Shown in pieces: positions 57,284 through 64,000 of a stretch of DNA of 64,000 nt. Under the pieces are notes generated by a model, which was not told the origin of the DNA, ran no database searches, and saw nothing but the letters and a program-made list of their open reading frames with translations. This DNA comes from Calditrichales bacterium (lineage in GTDB: Bacteria > Calditrichota > Calditrichia > Calditrichales > J004): contig OZ254086.1 of assembly GCA_965267575.1 (NCBI GenBank), positions 1,568,001-1,632,000 of the forward strand, written 5' to 3'. How positions within the stretch are numbered: the first letter of the stretch is position 1; each line of letters opens with the position of its first letter. The translations under genes were made by a program, and so were the position numbers.

Positions 57284-58515
57284 CAGGTCAATCTCTTTTT
57301 GTAAAACTCGACCATTGGCTCGATTGTTTGATCCCAAAAAACGGGACTGTCCTTTAATAGCTTTTTAGATCCGGATTCAGCTGATTTCTTAAATTCCCCG
57401 TATTGCCCGTGAATTTTTTCTATCGCTTGGGAAACCGCTCCTTCCTCTACTTCCGTGACGGCCAGCCCCAAGCCGTTTTTTTCAACAAATTCCCTCATCA
57501 TGGTGGCGTTGCTGGTAACAATGGGCTTACCCATAGCCATATACTGGTACATTTTAGTGGCGATCGTATTGTTGATCTCTCTACTAACGGGGTGCGGGAT
57601 AAAAATGCAGATTTCTGAAGCCGCGATGTAGGAAGCCAGTTTATCAACCGTCAACCAACCAAGAAATTCAACGTGTCTTTCAACACCAAGCTCTTTGGCC
57701 AATTCCAGCGGATGTTTCATGCGTGCCGCAACTCTTCCGGCGACAACAAACCTGACATTGGGAATCTGTTTTCTAAGCCGTGGCAGGCTTTTAATAACAA
57801 CATCTACGCCCCGTAAAACATCGATGGCGCCCGCGTAAAAAATCATGAAATCGTTTTTATACTTCTCTACAATTTTAGCATCAATATTTTCAGGACTAAA
57901 CCAACGCCGGTGCGGCGTGTTGGGCACTGTAATTATTTTATTCGCGTTTATTCCCACTTCATATATATATAATTCTCTTAACTTGTCCGTCACGGTGATC
58001 ACAAGGTCAGCTTGATTAAGGTACTTTCTTTCGAACTTCTTCCAGTTGCCGAGATGTTTTACGATTTTGCCGAGAAGCGTATTGTAGTGAGCTGTGTTAA
58101 CGACCCAGTTGCTCCAGTATTCGTGCTGATCGCAGACGACTTTGAAGCCTGTTTCAGCAGCCAGCTTAATGACAATGTCCGTCATCGGCAGATCATGAAT
58201 ATGAACTACGTCCGGATGGCTTTCGGCGATAAACTTTTTTATTTGGCGCTTCCAGATGAAACGGTAAAAGGGAAGTACTAAATAGGCTGCCCCAAGCTTT
58301 TTTACGATCCAATAAGGAATGTGAAAACGATTGATTTTTATACCATAGTAGTTTTCTGACCTTTTGTAGTTCTTTGATTTTGAATAGCATAACAGATGGA
58401 CCTCGAAACCGTTTTCGATAAGGCTCAACGCTTCTTTCTCCGGCCGGTCATCCGGCGGGAAGTCCCGTTCCAGGATCATGCCCACGCGGGGATTTTTAAC
58501 TTTTTTCTTTGTCAT
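57283..58515 (-). CDS. GT4 glycosyltransferase
   Basis: DDRPEKEA, VHIHD, YAG..RGV, TKMYQYMAMGKPIV. Confidence 0.9.
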   Translation of the reverse strand: MTKKKVKNPRVGMILERDFPPDDRPEKEALSLIENGFEVHLLCYSKSKNYKRSENYYGIKINRFHIPYWIVKKLGAAYLVLPFYRFIWKRQIKKFIAESHPDVVHIHDLPMTDIVIKLAAETGFKVVCDQHEYWSNWVVNTAHYNTLLGKIVKHLGNWKKFERKYLNQADLVITVTDKLRELYIYEVGINANKIITVPNTPHRRWFSPENIDAKIVEKYKNDFMIFYAGAIDVLRGVDVVIKSLPRLRKQIPNVRFVVAGRVAARMKHPLELAKELGVERHVEFLGWLTVDKLASYIAASEICIFIPHPVSREINNTIATKMYQYMAMGKPIVTSNATMMREFVEKNGLGLAVTEVEEGAVSQAIEKIHGQYGEFKKSAESGSKKLLKDSPVFWDQTIEPMVEFYKKRLT

Positions 58516-59038
58516 ATAAAACCAGATGTTCTTCGGCTGTTAAGCGTTGTTTCAGTTTTTCGTATTCGGCGCTGTTCAGCGTTAAAACGGAAATCTTGCG
58601 CTCAATCAGTTGCTCGGTTTTCCGTGTTACCCGTTCCACTTCCTGCATGTTGATATTGTCACCCACCAGTACCAGGTCGATCAGACCGCTGTCTTTACCG
58701 CTGGCATAATCGCCGCGCACAAAAGCAAAACGCAGGTCGCCGATGCGGTTGATAATATTATTGATCACGCTGGAAATGCCGGTGGATTTAAGCACAATAT
58801 TGCGGATATCCTCAAACAGCGGATGAGTGGTGTTGGCTTTGTAGATCTTTTGCCGGCCGTCGGTTTCGGCATGCAGCAGATGGGCTTCACTGAGTTTGTT
58901 CAACTCGACGCGGATGCCGTTTGTCGATTCGCCAAACTCCGTGGCCAGTTGACGCAGATAGCCGCGCGTGTCGGGATTAAGAAAAAACTTAAGCAGCAGC
59001 CGTATGCGTGTTTGCGATGTAATTATTGAATCGAGCAT
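58496..59038 (-). CDS. ArsR-like winged-helix + minimal nucleotidyltransferase-like domain regulator
   Basis: IITSQTRIRLL..FF, YLRQLA..ESTNGIRVELN; C-terminal GDYASG.DSGLIDLVLVG. Confidence 0.8.
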   Translation of the reverse strand: MLDSIITSQTRIRLLLKFFLNPDTRGYLRQLATEFGESTNGIRVELNKLSEAHLLHAETDGRQKIYKANTTHPLFEDIRNIVLKSTGISSVINNIINRIGDLRFAFVRGDYASGKDSGLIDLVLVGDNINMQEVERVTRKTEQLIERKISVLTLNSAEYEKLKQRLTAEEHLVLYDKEKS

Positions 59039-59049
59039 TTATCTTTTAT

Positions 59050-59098
59050 GAGTAAAATAATTGCTCGTAAATGTACGGGTCAATCTGCTCTATGTCAA
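59050..59098 (-). promoter_or_regulatory. Internal sigma70 promoter with palindromic operator at +1
   Basis: Minus strand TTGACA (59098-59093)-17bp-TACATT (59075-59070); GAGTAA-aataa-TTGCTC at 59050-59066. Confidence 0.7.
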
Positions 59099-59136
59099 TA
59101 GTGAATTAGGGTTGGGATGCAGGAAATAAGAAAATG

Positions 59137-61011
59137 TCACTTTCCGATTGTGGCGTTATCGTAAAGCTCTTCCGCCCAGCGCAGTAAAAACTCCAGGCCG
59201 GCCAGTTTCAGGGCATGCTCGAGTTGGTGCAGCGAGCTGCCTTCATTGGCGCGCAAGTCATCCAGCCAGATATCAAAAGCGGGCTTTTCAATAATTGCTG
59301 ATAGTTTTTCGGGATTAGCCAGATAATCAGCTACGGGCGAATCGGCGAGCAGATGGCGGTATAGCGGCATGTAGTCCCAGGCTGCTTGGAGATGCGTCTT
59401 TACAGGAACGCCGGCCTTGTTTAGCAGCTTGTTGCGCATTCGGGCCGATTGCTTCCAGGCATAGCGCAGGTAGAAGGGGATAAAGGTAAGCGCATTCTTC
59501 GGCACCATGTTGATACCGCCGAAATCGGTTCTTTCCCGTGCCAGCTTCGGATCGATGGCGTACATGACGGCGCGTTGAAAATTGGACTTGTTCCAGCGCC
59601 ATTTGGGCGGCAAAGGCAGGCCGATCTCCAGGTTGCGGCGCAGCAGAAGCGGGGAAAATGAACGGTAAAGGGAATTAGCCACGCTGTTGGCGATTACCGC
59701 GTAGTTTTGCCAGCGCGTCAGCGAAAATTTGTCTATCTGCATGGAAACGGGCAGGTGCTCGTAACCGCTGATGCTGTCATTCAGCATGTCGAGAAAGTAA
59801 TCGGCGGAGTCCGCTTTCACCTTCATGAAGGTATCGTTGAAAAAAGAGTCGGGGTAGTTTTTGTTGAGCGGGCGCAGCTTCAAAAACATGGATGGATTGA
59901 TCTTACCTGGCTCGCGGTACAGGTTGAGCGTGTAAACTTCTTCCCAGAAGCAGTCTTTGTAAAAGGGGCCGCCCGCGCCGTTTATCAGGCTGTCGCCATA
60001 CTGCGCCTGCTGCTCGCGCATGTAGAGGATGCGTCCTAAGAGGTAGCCCGGCTCATCGCCGCTGCCCAGTAAAAGCGCCTTTTCAAACAGCCCCGCATAA
60101 CGCTCTCTAAAGTCATCTTTTAATTGTATGGTATGATGTTCGATGTTGTGACGCTTTACCAGCTCGCGTACTTTAGCCACTTCCACAAAATCATCTTTGC
60201 CGTAGGTGCTGGTGTTAAAGCCCAGGCCCTGGCTGCGGAAAGAGGCCACCAAAAGGCGCGAATCCTGGCCCAGTGTTAAATCCATGCAGGGATTCTGTGT
60301 CAGTTTGTTCAACAGCCGGGCTGTCTCGCGTGTCTGTTGCACCATAAGCTCCACGTTTTCACGGAAGCTTTTTGGCGTAACGGCATCCGGAAATTGCCAG
60401 TAGCTTTCGCGGACGATTTCCCGGTCAACCGTATAGACAGACGCCGGTTGTAAACGATCGACCCCTGTAAAAACCGTGCGCTCACTTAGCAGGTAATATC
60501 GCCAGAACAATTCGTTCAGGGCGTGCAGATCGGGTTGCGGTTTGATAAAGGCGCTGCAGGTGAGAGCAAAGGGCGTCACCATAAAAAGGCCGTCTTTTTC
60601 GGCGATATAGTTGATGCGGCTTTTGATGATGTCATTGCCGATGACGAAAATGTCTTTCTGCGCGTCATACAGCTTAATCACGTAATGGCCGTCGAGCTGG
60701 TCAAAAAGGGCCTTGCCTTTGCGCCGGTAAAGCTGCCACAATTCGGACGCGTTATAGACTTTGGTTTCGTTAAGTGCGAACACGCTGCCCTCAACCGCCA
60801 GCCAGCTACCGTCCTCCTCGCGGTGAAAAATATTGCCGTCCTCCTCGCGGCGCAGGATGGCCAGCCGCCCGCGGGTCACAGGCAAAAACTCCATCTGCAC
60901 GAAAAACGATCCGTAATTAGTGCGGAGAAACGCTTCCAGAGCGCGACACATTTGGTCAAAGCGGGCATGACTTCCGCCCTGCTTTTGTCCGAAAAGAATA
61001 ACCGCTGCCAT
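59137..61011 (-). CDS. Asparagine-synthetase-like amidoligase (divergent)
   Basis: Ntn-like N-domain (QLDGHY) without Cys1; PP-loop variant DLTLGQDSR; INGAGG. Confidence 0.7.
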   Translation of the reverse strand: MAAVILFGQKQGGSHARFDQMCRALEAFLRTNYGSFFVQMEFLPVTRGRLAILRREEDGNIFHREEDGSWLAVEGSVFALNETKVYNASELWQLYRRKGKALFDQLDGHYVIKLYDAQKDIFVIGNDIIKSRINYIAEKDGLFMVTPFALTCSAFIKPQPDLHALNELFWRYYLLSERTVFTGVDRLQPASVYTVDREIVRESYWQFPDAVTPKSFRENVELMVQQTRETARLLNKLTQNPCMDLTLGQDSRLLVASFRSQGLGFNTSTYGKDDFVEVAKVRELVKRHNIEHHTIQLKDDFRERYAGLFEKALLLGSGDEPGYLLGRILYMREQQAQYGDSLINGAGGPFYKDCFWEEVYTLNLYREPGKINPSMFLKLRPLNKNYPDSFFNDTFMKVKADSADYFLDMLNDSISGYEHLPVSMQIDKFSLTRWQNYAVIANSVANSLYRSFSPLLLRRNLEIGLPLPPKWRWNKSNFQRAVMYAIDPKLARERTDFGGINMVPKNALTFIPFYLRYAWKQSARMRNKLLNKAGVPVKTHLQAAWDYMPLYRHLLADSPVADYLANPEKLSAIIEKPAFDIWLDDLRANEGSSLHQLEHALKLAGLEFLLRWAEELYDNATIGK

Positions 61012-62006
61012 TACAACCGACCTATCTTTTTTAACGCTTTGTATTTCACCGTGTACATACGCAGCGCGTTTACGATTGTATCCTGCGCGCGGAAAATATC
61101 GGCGTATTGTTTAAATACATCGATCCCCGTAAGGCGGTGCATCATGTCCAGCTGGTTTACATGCAGGCGTTGGTAGGCGATGGTAGCGGGATCAATCTCC
61201 GGGTGCCACGGCGCCAGGCACAGATTGTAGCGTGACCAGAAGCCAAGGTCATAGTGCGGCAACACTTTGGATACAGTCTCAACACCCTGATCAAAAAGGA
61301 CGCGCGCGGTTTTATCATCCGGGAAAACACGTACAAAATCATACAACCCGCACAGTGCGAAAATTTTGCCATTCAAAACCATGGTCGGCACCTTGGAGGT
61401 GTATTCTTCATAAAACGGCCCCCACTCCGTAAACGAGGTGACACCGCCTTCTGCCACCGGATGATGAAACGATTTCAAGGCATCTTTAGCCATTGTCGCG
61501 TATTTTTCCTCATTCGTCAGTTGAAATGCGCGCAGCAAAATGGACAGGCCGCGGCTTTGTGAAAAGGCCGATTGCCACGGTCCCGGATTTTTATACTGCG
61601 GCAGCGCCACATCGGTAAGCCAGCGCGCGCCAAGCGTTTCGTCGCGGTGGGCATTGCCATAAAACCAGTCGGCAAATTTCAAAAAACGTTTCTTGTCGCT
61701 ATCCGAATGGGTCTCCAACCAGGTGTGAAAAATGGCCAGCCCCATCTGCCCGATCGAGATGGGGAAATAGACAAACTCCTTGTCGGTCACATCGATGTAG
61801 GTGCGGTTGATAGGAATGCCGTTTGCATCAAACTTTTTGATCAGCGCCTGGTCCTTGCCGGTGGAGAGGCGCTGTTCGCGGAAGATAAAATAGTAATGCT
61901 TCAATTCCTGTCCGTGCAGATCCCGCGGGATCTCATATCGCACCTTCAGGCTTCTCCAGTCCTGGAGAAACTTGTCCAGCATAAACAGCTTTTTTTTCAA
62001 ACTCAT
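61011..62006 (-). CDS. D-glucuronyl C5-epimerase family protein
   Basis: WQSAFSQ, EGGV, FYEEY, VLNG.IFALCGLYD, LPHYDLG.WSRYNL, AYQRLHVNQL match the GLCE C-terminal domain. Confidence 0.85.
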   Translation of the reverse strand: MSLKKKLFMLDKFLQDWRSLKVRYEIPRDLHGQELKHYYFIFREQRLSTGKDQALIKKFDANGIPINRTYIDVTDKEFVYFPISIGQMGLAIFHTWLETHSDSDKKRFLKFADWFYGNAHRDETLGARWLTDVALPQYKNPGPWQSAFSQSRGLSILLRAFQLTNEEKYATMAKDALKSFHHPVAEGGVTSFTEWGPFYEEYTSKVPTMVLNGKIFALCGLYDFVRVFPDDKTARVLFDQGVETVSKVLPHYDLGFWSRYNLCLAPWHPEIDPATIAYQRLHVNQLDMMHRLTGIDVFKQYADIFRAQDTIVNALRMYTVKYKALKKIGRL

Positions 62007-63292
62007 GCAACTATCTCGTCAAAAATCCGGGCCAGTTCGCCGGTTAATGTTTTTCGCTCATAACGGTCGATTGCCTTAGCCGGCGGCGTTAAATTATCAC
62101 CGCTTTGCCAGCGGCCGTACAGGTTGCGCAGCCAATGCAGGGCGTCGTCACTTTTTGAAAAAAGGCGCCCGCTTTCGGTTTCGTTCAGGATTTCCGCGGC
62201 TTCTCCGGTAAAGGGGCTTAAAGCCACAACCGGCCGCCGTGCCGCCAGATATTCAAACAGCTTGCCGGGCAGATGTCCCTCATAATGCGTTGTTTTTTCC
62301 GTAAAAAGCAGCAGAACCGCAGCCCCGCTCATGATGCGCAGTGCTTCCCTGTGCGCCACGTACCCCGGAAAACGCAGCCCGCTCCAGTCACCAAAAATAT
62401 TTTCGATATCGGAGCGGATATGTGATGCCACTTTGCCTGCCAGCGTTAAGCGTACTTTTTTCTTCCGTTCATCATCCGCGTTTATCCACCCGGCCAGTGC
62501 CCTGAAAAAGCGCGGATAATAGCGGTTTTCGTTAAGACCCCCTACATATGCCAGATCAAAACAATCTGTTTCAGGCGAGGGCATATTCTCAAAGTCCGGC
62601 GCGTCAAAGCCATTAGGCAAAATGTAGATGTTTTTGTCTTCCGGTTTTTCCAGCAGGCCGGCGAATTTTTTGCTGACGCAGACGGCCAGGTCGCATTGCT
62701 GTAAAACTTTACGCTCCAGCGCACGATCCTTTTTTGTAGCCCGTTGGCTGCGCTGCTCACCATAATAGTGAATGCGGCTCCAGGGATCTCGGAAATCGGC
62801 CACCCATTTTAGCCCGTGCTTTTGCGCCAGTTTCATGGCAATAAGGTGGCTGGTTGGCGGCGGCGAGGTAGACCATACAACCGCCGGCTTGTGCTCGCGA
62901 ATGATCTTATCCGCCGTGGAAAGCGCGAAGGGCAGCCAAAATTTTTTGGCATCCGGGATAAACCAGTTCATGCGGATAGAGTGGGCCAGACGTTGCTTCC
63001 AGCTCAGGTTTTTCTGGGCAAGAACGCCCACAGTCGTTTCCCCGCTGCCGCGTCCTGCAAACCGTCGGTAAAGCGCGTCCGGCTCCGGGTTGCGGCTACG
63101 AAACACCGGCACCTCCGGTGGTACTTCCTCCGCGAGGGAGGCATCCGTGGCCGGGTAAACGCCGTCCTTAACCGTGAGCACAACCGGCTGCCAGCCAAAG
63201 TGCGGCAGGTAGCGCGCAAACTTCAGCGGACGCTGCACGCCCGGCCCACCCGCGGGCGGCCAGTAATAGCTGATCATCAGGACTTTGTTCAT
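62003..63292 (-). CDS. GT4 glycosyltransferase
   Basis: YYWPPAGGPGVQR, IPDAK, STSPP, ADFRDPW, PNGFD, PGKLFEY. Confidence 0.92.
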   Translation of the reverse strand: MNKVLMISYYWPPAGGPGVQRPLKFARYLPHFGWQPVVLTVKDGVYPATDASLAEEVPPEVPVFRSRNPEPDALYRRFAGRGSGETTVGVLAQKNLSWKQRLAHSIRMNWFIPDAKKFWLPFALSTADKIIREHKPAVVWSTSPPPTSHLIAMKLAQKHGLKWVADFRDPWSRIHYYGEQRSQRATKKDRALERKVLQQCDLAVCVSKKFAGLLEKPEDKNIYILPNGFDAPDFENMPSPETDCFDLAYVGGLNENRYYPRFFRALAGWINADDERKKKVRLTLAGKVASHIRSDIENIFGDWSGLRFPGYVAHREALRIMSGAAVLLLFTEKTTHYEGHLPGKLFEYLAARRPVVALSPFTGEAAEILNETESGRLFSKSDDALHWLRNLYGRWQSGDNLTPPAKAIDRYERKTLTGELARIFDEIVA

Positions 63293-64000
63293 TGTCCGCT
63301 TTGGGCCGCTTTCTTCCTTTGGCGGATAATTCCGCTGAGCAGCGTCCAGGCGATGATCAGGTAAACGATGCCCAGGGAGACGCTGGCGTAGGCCACGTTG
63401 CGGTAGTAGGACGCCGGCTCAAAACGAAGATCCACGCTATGCTGTCCCGGCGCAATAACAACGGATTGCAGGGCGTGGTTGGTTCTGTAAATTGCCTGTG
63501 TCTCCTGGTCGTCAACATAGAGGTGCCAGCCCGGCGGATAGTGCAGCTCTGAAATAACCAGCAGGCTTTGCTTGTCCGTGTAAACCTCCAGGGAAAGCAG
63601 GTTGGGATTAAACTCCTTCACTGTCACTTTATGACTGTCCGGTATGGCAATCGATTCGGCGAGCGGCTGCTCCAGTATGGCGATACTGTCGGGGTCGAAT
63701 TCGGGTGAATTTATAAAACGCAGGCGATCGTATTCGTCCTCAATCACGCGGGTCTGGCCGACGAAAAAGGCGCGCGCGTTGCTATCGCTAAAGCGGTAAA
63801 CAAACTGTTTCTGGTCCTCATCGCGGAAGGCCGGCTGCAGTTGCGGATGCGGAACGGCCTGCGGCATCACAACGTATTTCACGTTAAGCATCTCCAGCAC
63901 ATTCCAGTTGATCGGCAGGCGTTGGTCCCAGCCGTTAAAAATACAGTTTTCAACAATCTCCTCAATCGTGTACATCTTGATCGGTGTATAACCGCCCACC
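63289..64000 (-). CDS. YfhO-family membrane protein (3' part; gene starts beyond the window)
   Basis: GGY.P.K, MLNVKY, RAFFV, LVISELHYPPGW, RTNHAL, PGQH.V..RFEP, C-terminal TM. Confidence 0.85.
   Translation of the reverse strand, partial: VGGYTPIKMYTIEEIVENCIFNGWDQRLPINWNVLEMLNVKYVVMPQAVPHPQLQPAFRDEDQKQFVYRFSDSNARAFFVGQTRVIEDEYDRLRFINSPEFDPDSIAILEQPLAESIAIPDSHKVTVKEFNPNLLSLEVYTDKQSLLVISELHYPPGWHLYVDDQETQAIYRTNHALQSVVIAPGQHSVDLRFEPASYYRNVAYASVSLGIVYLIIAWTLLSGIIRQRKKAAQSGQ

Noticed and set aside
1-64000. tRNA, rRNA, prophage, integron or IS transposase
   Set aside because: No cloverleaf or T-loop motifs in intergenic gaps, and no integrase, transposase or phage structural ORFs were recognised.

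Overview
64 kb of bacterial chromosome of moderate GC, densely coding, about 60 CDS, with no rRNA, tRNA, CRISPR array, transposase or integrase visible. Gene content, GGAG-type Shine-Dalgarno usage and two secreted proteins ending in a YPNPFNP FlgD-Ig/T9SS-like C-terminal domain suggest an FCB-related diderm such as Calditrichota (inference, not verified). The backbone is housekeeping: accD, surE, guaA, glmS, glpD, ilvE, rpoZ, pcm, era, gpmI, dacB, recO, glyQS. The accessory blocks of most interest are: (1) an operon of three exported thioredoxin-fold proteins plus an outer-membrane beta-barrel whose only mature cysteines form a C-terminal CxxxxC, a candidate trans-outer-membrane thiol-redox or metal relay; (2) a mutase, BMC vertex protein, deoC carrying an encapsulation-peptide-like extension, and pdp, i.e. 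microcompartment-linked deoxynucleoside catabolism without shell hexamers in the window; (3) a Wzx-type glycan locus combining a deacetylase, a sulfotransferase and a glucuronyl C5-epimerase homologue, the enzyme set of heparan-sulfate maturation; (4) a family of composite intergenic elements made of a REP palindrome plus 6-mer and 8-mer arrays, at three sites. Several proteins deviate from their families: a CoaC-like flavoprotein with Asp in place of the catalytic Cys, an RsgA without its OB domain, a Pcm with a lipoprotein signal, and a GC-mosaic lipoprotein. All calls are from motif recognition by eye; no database searches were run.
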